Shown: one piece after another, positions 47,680 through 62,619 of the stretch | How positions within the stretch are numbered: position 1 is the first letter of the stretch | How the letters are laid out: each line of letters begins with the position of its first letter | Origin: Trichoplax sp. H2 | Lineage: Eukaryota | Length of the DNA: 64,000 bases | Assembly (NCBI GenBank): GCA_003344405.1 | Contig: NOWV01000016.1 | Location: forward strand, 1 to 64,000 | Direction of reading: 5' to 3' | Notes under the pieces: model-generated | What the model was told of the DNA's origin: nothing | Databases searched by the model: none | Seen by the model: the letters and a program-made list of their open reading frames with translations, nothing else | Position numbers and translations under genes: made by a program

Positions 47680-50600
47680 ATGGGTTTAACTGTTATTGGT
47701 GAAGACAGCGTTGAGAATTATTTATTCTCATTATTTGGTAAAGTTCCACTTGAAATTGGCCTATTAATTGGACAGGTAAATAGGCTCTTATCCAATACAA
47801 GTTCATTCATTTTTATTACAAATGAATGACACTAGACGCTGTTGCACTACACTTTTCGTTGTTGTATCAACTGATGTATAGCAATCGGCTCTATACTTTC
47901 ATTAAAGCTAAGAGTGATAATAGCATTATCAAAGCTAACATATTGCATAGCATTAGTATTATTTTTCACTACTTTTATAGGCGTAATAGCCTTAATGGTA
48001 GTCGGATTGGGATAATGTACATTTCACAGTATCATCGACAATATGGAACTGATTATATTTTACGTACATTTTTATATTGCCCAACAGATTAAATATATCA
48101 TTTATTACTAGCCAATTGTAGATAAATAATGCATTGTTATTTATTCATAAAGTTTACTGTTTGTGTACCTATCGAGTAGTAGACTCTTACTTGAGCAGCC
48201 TTCCAAAATATTTTTATAAATCGTTAACTAATCTTCATCGTGCTATCTAATCTCAAATATACCTGTACTGTACGGAAATATTTATTCTCGATTTCTCTAC
48301 CTCTTAATCCCTGCTAACTTGTAGAATTTCGGTCAAAAAGCCTATATTGTTTCACCTATACGAACACCAGATCCTGAAGAACTAAGTGGTAAGATCTTAA
48401 AATGAAATCTAGGATAGGTTATCATGTTAATCATTATAAATCCATAGATCCAACACAATAGTATCGAGTTGGCATTGCTCTATTTTGCAATACACGTATC
48501 TTTGGCTTTGGCAAACGTGCTACTCCTACGATAGCTTGATACATCTTAAAAATTCTAGTAATTATCTAATTTTTCTATGTGGACTAAGAACAAGTTACTA
48601 CTGGTGCACTTGCCATAAATTGAGTATTAGTATGTCTATTATCAAATAGATTCTGTGTCATAATGAAAACTTGTATAATATTCCAATTTTGATGCATTAG
48701 CTTATACAACGTTATGTACATTCACGAAGATAACTATTCTTTTGATGCTAATGCATGAATGTAGATGAACAGAGTGAAGAGCCTAAAAAGGCACAGCCTA
48801 AATCATTAGATCAGTTTGACATCGGTTGGGTAGCCGAGCACGCTAGACAGGTAATACTGTTAGGGCATCAAGGATGAACATGACGTGCAATGATATATCT
48901 ACTTTAACAGCAATAATTACAGCACGATATTGTTAATCATTTCACTTTAAACATATACTTAGGTAAATAGTTCGTTACCTGGAGGAATAAAGGTTGTAGG
49001 TATCTACGTTTTTGCGTCGCCCGATGTCATCCAGTCAGGTATAAATGGACGGTTAAAACAGATACTCAATGCGGCTTGGAAAGCCAACCGATTAGAGATG
49101 CAACACGCTACAAGTGTTGTCGACAATAAATCTTTATGTCCAGGAAATGGAATCCTTTTATATGTTTCTTCAAATACCAAAAAGTATCCTTGATTCTAAA
49201 ATTTGATCAGTAAACATACGATGTGTACCCATAAATGATAAAATTATATTATTTTATTGTAATATTATCGACTAAAGGTACTATAATCTAGGCGCATTTA
49301 TAATTTGTCAATTAGTAAGACTTTATTACTGTAATTATATCCACATAATTATTGTCTATGCAGAACTCCTAATCCAAAATAATTATAACCTCGAAAGTGA
49401 TATATTATCGACATTTAAAGCTTACAAATTTAATATAATTGCAAATGTTTGTTACCCCTGCAATCATATTTGTGCTTGAAGTTATCAAATTTAACAAATT
49501 TCTAGAATATCATGCAAGAGCTTCGACATTAATAATCCACATGTAAGTTTTGATATGAAAGCATTAATACTCTAGTTTGAAGGTAACTTAAATGACAATC
49601 CACCCATTTGAAGGAAACTTATAATAGACGTAATTAAATTTATCTATAAAACTCAAAGACATCCGCTCAGCCCACGGATTGGAAATGTCAAAATTTTATC
49701 GGGAGGTGTCATTATCTGCGTTGTGCTTTCCTAGCAGATGCATCAATTATGGTTCGATCGTCGAGTTCTGGCAATCTTAGTAACGAAATCATGGTTAGTT
49801 TTAGTTACTTATTTAAAAAAGAAATATTCGCATGTTATGTACGTATGATACTTAATCAATATTTATTTAATTATCTTTAGGTGAGTCTAACGAATGTTAA
49901 TAAGCAATTAACTGCTGCTCATGCAATGATAAACTCCGAATTAAGAGAGCCTAGTCAATTGCTTGTTGTAAGTGATTCTAAGAATTTACTTGTTAAATCT
50001 CAATCGGACTCTATAGTCGTTGACTATTGATAATTATTTTGTAATACTTTTATGCTTCTAAATATACATTTTATTCCCATATTATTTGGGAACTAGACCG
50101 GAAAAAATACAAACACCGCACAAACATTCACTGTTGATTTATACAACTCTTACAAGGTTCTTGCAATAATAACTTACTCAGACCATTCTATTTTTGTCTA
50201 ATATAGCAAATTGAATGCTTATTATATCATTGTCTTCAATGTACTGTATGTTGACACAAGCGTGATACCAAATAACTACTTGAAATTTAGAATATCGCCA
50301 ACGCAACAACGAAGCCCCAGGAAGCGGATTACAAATATGCTATTAATATAAATGGCGAAATGGACTGCTTTGCCTATGTACACAATAAAGCTACTGTTGC
50401 AGAAGCTATTCATGTAATTATTAAAAAATAGGCGGGATAACTCCATTACAATTATTAATATGATCTACCAATTAGTTACTAACAACTCATTCGAATTAAA
50501 ATCACTATCGTACGTTTTGAACTAGGCTATTAAAGTCGACATTATACGAAGTTTGCATGCACGAATTCGTTTACTATGTGAAGATGTTGAGCAAAATGAA

Positions 50601-51337
50601 CCTAAGTTAAATGGTCAGTTTTGTGCCTAAAAATTAATAAATCTAAGTAAAATGGCGTTACAATTATGTTACTTGAAATTTTTAGAGCGTCGTTATCGCT
50701 GGTCAATTCCTAGACGCGTCAAGTATGAGCATCCGAAATTCAGATTAAAAATTTGCGATTATATGTTCAAAGATGAGGACGTCAAGGTAAAATAGACGTT
50801 TTGTATTCACAGTACTATACGTATATTAAGCAATATATAAATTTTATAATCTGTTTGCTGAAATTCTAGCTACCGTATTAAATCTGTCATTCCTCTGTAT
50901 ACCCAATTTCTAATATTTAAATGACATAAAAAATTGACATAGTTATCGTTGGAAAGAATATCTGACTTGTATGGCTCTGAAATGCAAACTTGCAAAATGG
51001 AATCTGCCGAAGAATTTCCTGGTGAGAAAATTTAATTTATTATCAGAATTTATTTAAATAATTACCATTTTATTTTTTATACAGATGAGCAATTAATAAA
51101 AATACCAACTAAGCAAAGCGTTCAACCAGATGCTACCAACCCACCTCAGAAATCTGCAGATAACAGCGAAAGAGGTAATTGAATAATAATTATAGAATTG
51201 ATTCTACACATTCTATAATATTCAATGCTAATAATTATTTTTTAATTTCAGCTTCATCAATGCAACTCATAGTTGCGATACTGATTGGCATAATTGCTAT
51301 AATTATTTTTGCATGGTTTGGATATAATTTGAAGTGA
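47680..51337 (+). CDS. ODR4: ODR-4 homolog (ER GPCR-localisation factor, tail-anchored), multi-exon
   Basis: MGLTVIGEDSVENYL...GLLIGQ...IRTP...WVAEHARQVNSSLPGGIKVVGIYVF...SNTKKISCKSFDINNPHTSAQPTDWKCQ...AIKVDIIRSLHARIRLLCED...IPRRV...CDYMFKDE; C-terminal TM helix; TGA at 51335-51337. Confidence 0.92.
49184..49505 (+). other. U12-type (minor spliceosome) GT-AG intron in ODR4
   Basis: Donor GTATCCTTG; TTTAAC branch-like motif about 10 nt before the AG; no polypyrimidine tract; splicing restores TKK|ISCKSFD. Confidence 0.75.
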
Positions 51338-52802
51338 TTAATGCGAAAAATTCGTCACTACTATTTGTATGAGAAAATGCTACTGGAAGCAAAATATTTA
51401 CCAGGTCCTTAAATGCTATGTAAATTGCAGGAGATATGCTAATTCGTGTTACCGAATTTATTGTTGCCTTGGAACTGTGCAGCATCTTATTCTTTGACGC
51501 GTATTGGCGCAAAGTAAATTAAGGATAGCATTATTAAACCAGCTCTTACTATCATAAATACATACACGGAATACGAGTATTCTGAAAACGTTATAAATTT
51601 CTATTTAGAGTATATGCGGCCTTCGCATCGTTAAAAACAATTGAATTACTCATTATGTAATCGTATAGTACAAAGTCATTGAGTGTTAGCTATAATTTGG
51701 AAATCTATTCAATTTTTCTTAACTGTTAATTCTGCAATCATCTAATGCATGTTACGGTCTTGAAGATACATATTTACAGTAACCTGAAATAAAAAGTTTT
51801 GATTTATCATTTCACTATCGCCTAAGAATTAAACTTCAGAAGTATATTACAAAATAGGTTCTTGCTAATAAAAAGTTCACGGGATATACTCGTATTGATC
51901 TATCTCTTATTCATGCCGTTATGTCAATAGAATAGTAAAAAACGTGCTCTCCCATTAAAGGGGGTAGTTAATAAAAGACGTGTATTATGGTCAAATTTTG
52001 ATTTCTTCATGTTTAAGAGTTTTACTCTAAAAATTTTGACGATAGGAATACGCTAATATGAATTGCAGTACTGCACATTAATAAATATAGCCTATAAACA
52101 TCAAGTGGTCCAATAAATACACGCATTACTTAGAGACATATTCATCCGTATCAAATATTTACAGATAAGAAATAGTACATGTAGAATATTTTATTTTAAA
52201 TGAAAAACTACCTATATATAATTATAATAGTCCATACAGAATAAGAAGTGTTTTAGATATAATAAATTCGACTCAGTAAGTGGTAGATCATTCATTCATT
52301 CAACTATTAATATCAATTGAAATTGAGCGTTCGTTTCCAATGCTAGTTTCGAATACAATGAAATGGTTTACCGTAATATCCAATAACGTCAAACAAATAC
52401 GAATACAGTATAACGGTCAGGAGCAGATCGACCACTATCGCAATTTTTGGTTATCGCATCCTTTCTATTTGCGTACTTTAATATTATATACTTTTGAAAC
52501 TCAATGTACTTAGTATTAAGATATATAACATTAAAACCTTGCATTATACTCAACTGTAATTCCTTTGATATCACTATTTAAAAATTTACGAATCAATTTC
52601 CACACCATATACAAATGAGTTCATTACCTAGACAATTATAAAAATCTTAACGAGTATTCTGTGGTTTTGGAAGTCAATTCTTATAAGACAGGGCATACAT
52701 TGCAAGGAAAGAAATAATACTGTAAAATTTATATTACATACTATCTCTAAAAATACTTGTGTTTTCGTAACAAGCTACTACAAGTATGAATCGAGGTCCT
52801 CA

Positions 52803-55800
52803 TTACAGTTCATCATAATCATTTTCTTCTGACTTCTTTTTCTTTTTTTTATGTTTCTTCTTTTTGTCCTTGTCCTGACTGTCTTCGGTACCTTGACTTT
52901 TTTTCTTTTTCTGTTAAATTAGTACAGCGGATCATATAAATTCGAACAGTGGATACAATTTTGTCTACAGAAATACATCGATATCGTTCAAGAATCCAGA
53001 TACAGAAGAACAGATTACCTTTTTCTTCTTTTCCTTAGTAACTTCTAATAAGAAATAAAAGTTAAATTTTCTAAATAGCTTTAGCAGCGATACTGTATGG
53101 AAGTCTTTCTATATTTAGTTATAATAATACCTGTATTTTCAGGGACTTCCTCTTGTTGTAAAAATTCATCAAGGGAAGTAGGATATTCTATGAATAAAAA
53201 TAACACATATATTAACTTGAAATATGACGAAGATAAAAGCAAGCTTTCCAATTATTAATCGCAATAATTACTAGGAGATAATTGCGTTGTAGGGGAAGCA
53301 GCGTTATCAGGGTAGCTAAAGTCCATAGTATCTTTATTCTTTTTACTCTTCTTAGTTCCTTTTCCTTTCTTGCTTTTAGTAGGTCTGTAAATTTTGAAAT
53401 TTTCAGGACATATTGGTAAACGATCTATTCCTTACGACAATGCTAAATTACCTGTAATTAATCTACACATTTTACGGTACTAAAATATTTTGATGACACT
53501 TACTCATCTTCCGTTTTTATGACATTTAAATCCACATCATCATTTAGCCAGTCATCGAGATTCAGATTTGAAGACTGAGGTTCTGTACCATCAGTCGTGT
53601 CGCTTGCCTGGGAAATTGGAGAAGTAGGTGAACGGGGTTGGGACGATGTCTTTGGAGTATCATATTCGAATTTTAAATCAAACTTTAAGGGTCCTTTCGA
53701 CGACGATTTTACAACAGTCTCTAAGAATGCAATTTAATATTAATGATCACAACGAAAAGTACACCATAGCAGATACTAATATTGATTTAATTACTTTTAG
53801 CTGGTTCAGGTTGTAAAACGAAATCTTCATCTTTTGCAATATCCGGTTCATCACTATCACTAAAATCGTCGTCATCGCTTTCTCTAGTATTGGCGACATT
53901 AGCATTTTCAGTGACGAATTCATCTAAATCGATATCTTCATCGGCAGTAACCAAAGGATTACCGTCAGCTTCATCATCACTAATAAATGCAGATAAAATA
54001 CTTTACATGATTATCATTACAATACACTAGGTAATAGGAGAGAAAACTGTCAGTAATAGAACCAATACCTGCTGTCAACGGGAACCGGAACAGTTGTCGT
54101 TTCAGTTACTTTATTAGAATCTTCTAGGAAGGAGTTATCTAAGTCATCTTCCGGTTTGAAACTATCAACATTTGCACCAGTTTGCCTAGTAGTCCTATCA
54201 ATAACAATTGCTGGCCCTACAAATGTAAGATAGGTCAGTTATTTCATTATCGAGGCAATTAAATGGGCCAGATTAATCCCCTATAGTTTATTTAAAAAAA
54301 TGTAACAAGAAATATTACCATCAGTCTTTGTGTTGCCTGCTGGATTGGGAGAGGATTTAAATAATTTCGCTGTCATTCTCTCTCGCAGGGATAACTTTTG
54401 AGTTGTATTATTGTCTTCACTAGTCGTGACGTTAGTATTGGTTTTACTATTATTAACATTTTGAGATAGCTCCTTCGCTTTAGGCTTCGGAGACAACTTT
54501 TGAGGAGGTGGCGTCGGTTTTTCCACGTTTGCTCTTGCTGCTGCGGGGGCTGGACTTGGCTGCTGACTAGGAATCTCCTTCCTTTGATTTCCTACAGCTT
54601 TAATCCATTTACGAATGTTTTATAAGCTTAAATGTCGAATTTATCAAATATAACATCGTGACATACTCGTACTTGAATTGCTGAGAGTTTGATCTTGCTG
54701 CGCTGGAGTAGCCACACGGGTTCTATCTTTAGCTTTTTTATCTATTTCCTTAAGAAATCTATCCCATGCATACAGTAAACGTAAGTAAGTAGATATAGTG
54801 CATAATTAAGAAGATAACACGAAAGATCTTATAAGTAATTTTAATTAATAAACTAACAATTTATAATTTTGTTCTTCGGATTCTAAATGGATATCTAGCT
54901 CTTCGATTGCAGCCTGTATTTCGTTAGAGAAAAAGATAAAAGGTATGCTAAGGGAATGTTGGGATATAGGAAAATTTCTTAGCAGGAAAAATAATGTATT
55001 GTTAACCGAAATATCATCAGTATTAATTTTTAATTGTTTCAGTAGTGTTTCTCTCTATAAAACGAAAAAAAATCTATGGTTAAAGATATACGTATGATAA
55101 CGCTAAAAGATAATAAATGCATTACTTTTTTAGAATGTCTAACCTGCAGATGCAAATAGGGTAAATTAAAGTATTTGTAGAGATATTTGAGTCCATATCC
55201 GTTCTTCATTGAAGATTCGGCGTATCTAATGGAGGCCGAGTCTTCACGACTAGGTCACCATCGAAAATCGGCAAAATTTTTGTTAAATATGACCCTACGG
55301 TAGTAATGTCAAGGTTATATGCTTACTCGTCGAACTGCCTCAGCCATTCTATAGCTTCTTCTTCGGTAACTAATCTATGATCACCCATATCACGGCAGTT
55401 CGCCTGATGTGTAAAAGGAAATATGTATACAAGCAGATTATTACAGGATTGACAACTATCATATTATATAATATATTTCTATTTAAATAATTGTAAGATA
55501 TTTATAACTACCAGGATTAAAACAGGTAGATGCTTAGGAACTTTTGGTAGCTCTCTTTCAACGTACTGGAAAGTCCTACAGATATTAAATAAATTTAATG
55601 AATGAAAATCACAAAATGTTGTATACCGATTTGATGATCTTATCATTGCATTCTGATATTAAGCATGTTTACTAACCAAGGCTTCGTTATATCAAATAAC
55701 ATAATCACGCCATTCGTTCCCTTATAAACGTCAACAAATTCTGCATCTAGTACTCGTTCGTTCGTATCATCTTTATCCTGCAAATTTGATTTGATATTTA

Positions 55801-58196
55801 AGGGAATATAATTCATTATCGTAATTTCTTTGCAGTAGTAAGAATAATCAACTATTAAAACATCGCTATTAGCTATATGGAAAGAGTGTGAGAAGAAAGT
55901 AGAAACTGTTACGGTATTAGCCTCATTTCGTTACAATTCATATGTTATAGATTTATGTTAGTGCAAAACATACATTCATATAACACATGTTACTTACGTC
56001 TACTTCATTATTTGTTAATTTTAAACTAGCATTTGCTTTCTTCTTTGCACGGCCTTAACAGATTTTAGGGTGATTAGATTGCTGTGTAATAGTAAAGTAT
56101 TACTTGTAATTGTGAATCAACCTTTGTCGACGACGTCCCAAACTTCGACTTTTACGACATCATCACTAGCTGCAATAGGACGTAATGGAAGAGTAGTTCA
56201 GTACTAGATTACTAACAATACTAGTCCAGTATACGAGTATACTATCCACTAATGAAGACCTAAGATTTATCTAATCACTTAATCATGCGATACCCACATA
56301 CGTATAAATAATCAATAAAGAATCAACCTACAAGAATAAAACTCTGTTGCACGTTGTTAATTATATAATTTATAAAAGGGTGTAATTATACTCTAAATCA
56401 ATAAATGCGTGGTAAACATTAGATAAGAATGGACCAGTATTATATCTTATTTATGGACAAGTAAGAATGATTTGCTTTTTAATTATTGTTAGTAAGGCAT
56501 TTCAAAGTTAATCCGCTGTTGATATACCCAAAGCAATTCTAATGTTATGAGTTAATTTTTATCAACTACAGTATATCACCAGTCTTGTTAATATTAATTA
56601 AGAAGAAATAATTGAGAAATTGTAGAAAAAGAAATAGAGTAAATTCAAACAGACAGAATAACTAACTAAATAACTAAATCAGGTATCTATGAACTACATT
56701 GTTGTAATATTCCTAGACATTTACTACTATAAATACTCATAAGTTGTAACAATAAAGTAATATGAAAATCGAGTGTACGAGTATAAGGGTTAGAGTGTAA
56801 AATTTGGGTTGTATACTGTATGAAATTACAGTGGGGGCGATTTGATGAATAATAAAAGGTACTGTTGTGATAAGAAAGACAGCCATCCAGTGCAAATTGA
56901 TCAAATTAACGATAAATTAGATATTCATAATACAGTAGTTGATAGCTTTAATCAGAATAAAGAATACACTTTATCGATTTCAATTAACGCTCATTCCTTA
57001 CCTTTGTAATTCCAGTGTATGTTTGCAACCTATATCCATAAAAATACTTGTCATTAAAATGGTATTATGTCTATTCAATGCATACTCTTTACGTATACTT
57101 ATAGTTGGCTGCACTATGAAGGTAGGGGGATTTAAATAGCAAAGTATAGCCATGATCAATTACTAGTCTAGTACGTGTAGGAAAAATACCTATTCAAAAT
57201 CTTACGAATCGTATCCATGTTACCTGTGTAAAACTGTTTACCGTATTATTTATTGTTGGGTTGTATTATGCAAGTGTAAAAGCCCTTTGAATGATGTAAC
57301 ATGGCTAGTAAAAGATTATGTGAATACTTTCAGCAGGGTCAATTCTATCTACCTGAATCTCGTTGGTAGGTGTATATCCTTCAGCGAAGGGTCGACCTTG
57401 TAATCGATTCCATAAGCAACTCTTGCCAGTATTTCGGTCACCTTTGATAATAACTTTAACTATATGGTATAAGCATTACAAGTAGATAGATTTAGATAGA
57501 GTCACTGATATATGGATTTTATAAGAAGACAATTTATAAAATTGACTCATAATAATATAGTCGATGTACGTGTTTATTTCGATTTATGACAGCTCAATAT
57601 TTTATAAAGTAAGTCTTGCAAGGGGATAGACCATTGCATAGTATGATGAGTAATGAAGGCATCCACCAATTGACTGAGATTACATTTTGAACAGTCTTCT
57701 ACACTCATGTTGAATCTTTAGGAAGAAAAGTAAGTCAAGACCAAATCGGCTAATATCTCTTGACCGATAGAATCATTGGACTATTGATATTAAGTATCCA
57801 AAAAGGATTGATATGATTGGAGGGGCTGCATCAAACTACAGAGAGTCATTAGGCAAGATACTGTACAAGTCGTATTGAATTATTTTTTGATTCAATTAGG
57901 TACAATGCAAATTGACTGCCGTCCACTTGCATAATCATGATTAGTAAGGTAATTAAGGTATCCTTCTATCATGTCCATTTGTCTGTGGCTAAAATCCTCT
58001 TTTGACTGGCAATTGTACAATCGATGAAAAGTAGAAAATTCTTGTGGCTGTCATTGAAATACTCACTGTTATATTGTACTCCACGAGCATATTTCTTTTT
58101 CAAGGTCTGATCCATGACCTGAACACCCGTTGGAGGTGCAGGACGATTCTCTTCATTTGTACTTCTACTAGCAATCTTCTTTAATGCTTGAAACAT
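52803..58196 (-). CDS. RABL6: Rab-like protein 6 (RBEL1/PARF), multi-exon
   Basis: MFQALKKI...[114 protein letters not shown]; Lys-rich tail ending DYDEL*. Confidence 0.93.
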
Positions 58197-58410
58197 CTTG
58201 AATTTTCTGTCAATTTTTTTTTCCTTCTTTGAAAATTGGAAGAGCCACGTAGTTTGAGTAGCTCGAGCTGGTTGACTGAATTTCAATGACATGAACAGCC
58301 TAGTGGAACACTTTGCTCAATATTACAGGAATACTATGGAGTTGATAGCATCGTACTGTATGTACCATACTGTTTTGTTCGCTACCGCTTTCCGTACTGA
58401 GAAGCACTGA

Positions 58411-59655
58411 GACCGGAGACCGGACTGGAGTCCAGTCTAGAGTCATCTCAATGGTAGATCGATCCACGCCATTGTTGTGGTGTTGTCAGTATGGAGTATG
58501 AAGCGACAACAACACACTGCAAAACGCGACACTGGTAGAGTACGAAGCGGTACAGTACTGTAGTGTGACGCCACTACTGATGTCACTCTCTGTAGTTCAA
58601 CGCCACCACTGTAGTGACGTGAATCACGTGATACTTGCACTTCACTTTGGTATGACGTATGACGCGATGACTGCTGTCACAGACTCACAATACTGAGTAC
58701 GTAACCACGTCTAACTGAATTCTATCATACTGTATTACTATTTCTGTCCTGGTGTTGAAGTACTATCCCAAGCTGTCCACAGTTTACAAAATCGACAGCA
58801 TCCGTCGGTCCAGATTTTCTGTAACAGGAAAATCGCGGATGACTCTAGACCGGACTGGAGTCCAGTCTAGAGTCATCTCAATGGTAGATCGATCCACACC
58901 ATTGTTGTGGTGTTGTCAGTATGGAGTACGAAGCGACAACAACACACTGCAAAACATGACACTAGTAGAGTATGCAGCGCTACAATACTGTAGTGTGACG
59001 CCACTACTGATGTCACTCTCTGTAGTTCAACGCCACCAGTGTAGTGACGTGTAATACTTGCACTTCACTTTGGTGTCAGTATGACGCGATGACTGCTGTC
59101 ACAGACTCACAATACTGAGTACGTAACCACGTGTAACTGTATTCTAGCATACTGTATCACTATTTCTGTCCTGGCGTTCAAGTACTATCCCAAGCCGTCT
59201 ACAGTCTATAAAATCGACAGCATACGTCGGTCCAGATTTCTGTAATAGGAAAATCGCGGATGACCGGAGACCGGACTGGAGGACAGTCTAGAGTCATTGT
59301 TGTGGTGTTGTCAGTATGGAGTATGAAGCGATAACAACACACTGCAAAACACGACACTGGTAGAGTATGCAGTGGTACAGTACTGTAGTGTGACGCCACT
59401 ACTGATGTCACTCTCTGCAGTTCAACGCCACCAGTGTAGTGACGTGTAATACTTGCACTTCACTTTGGTGTCAGTATGACGCGATGACTGCTGTCACAGA
59501 CTCACAATACTGAGTACGTAACCACGTGCAACTGTATTCTACCATACTGTATCACATCTTCTGTCCTGGTGTTCAAGTACTATCCCAAGCCGTCCACAGT
59601 CTACAAAATCGACAACATCCGTCAGTCCAGATTTCTGTAATAGGAAAGTCGTGAT
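58411..59655. repeat. Tandem array F: 3 copies of a ~420-430-bp unit filling the RABL6-PTGES2 divergent intergenic region
   Basis: GACCGGACTGGAG at 58418, 58848, 59269; copies colinear with small indels (copy 3 has an internal deletion). Confidence 0.95.
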
Positions 59656-59746
59656 GTAATATTCAATCCAATTTACACAAGACCGTCTTACTTGTGCATA
59701 CTGCATCAGGGTTACCGTCCAATGCAGTAGATAGCAGCCTTACTAA

Positions 59747-61885
<2,139 letters not shown>

Positions 61886-62619
61886 AATTTTCGTACTTTA
61901 TAATAATGTATTTTCGTATGTTGTAACACTAGAATTTTACAAGTTTTTTAAACATAATTATTGCTTACTTAGGGAATTCTATTTATAATTGCTTGCGATT
62001 GTTCGTGTCACTCTGAAGGCAACAATCTCATCCTTATTGCTAGTTCGGTAACGAGTAATCTATAAATGCCTTTATTGAAATATTTATTATTTTTTAATGT
62101 ACATAACTATTTTTGATATCAATGATAGCTGCAGATATACATGCTTGTACGCACAGTCTAGTACACATTTTAATAAACAGTACTTGTTGCTATACCACGT
62201 TATATCATTTCAATGACATGTACTGGTAAAAGTTGGAATATTACCTCAAAGAAATTACCTTATTTTACATGCGCTCTTAGGCATTGGTAATAAATATTCT
62301 ACACTTACCTACTGCTACATATTCACAAAGATTATTCACTGCTACTATACTATCACTTTATTATGCCCATTGATAAGGTGGCATCTACTAGCTTCTAAAT
62401 TAAAGAATTAAAATGAAGCGTCTAGTCTAAGAACATCTCATGATAGATATTAGGATGATACATAACTAAAAGTGTAACTGTGCTGCAATACCTTGATTAA
62501 AACTTTTTAACATAATACGTAAATATACTGTATACTTTCTTAATTGATCAGTGGTAATCCTATAAAATAGTAAAACATAAAAATTGCATGCTAGAGCAAG
62601 TGATCCGTAGGTGGTAGGT

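Noticed and set aside
52803-52820. RABL6 C-terminal YDEL as an ER-retention signal
   Set aside because: No signal peptide; RABL6 is cytosolic/nuclear and the acidic DYEEL-like tail is a family feature.
58443-59411. ORFs of 65-100 aa inside array F
   Set aside because: Not maintained in frame across copies; no recognisable homology.
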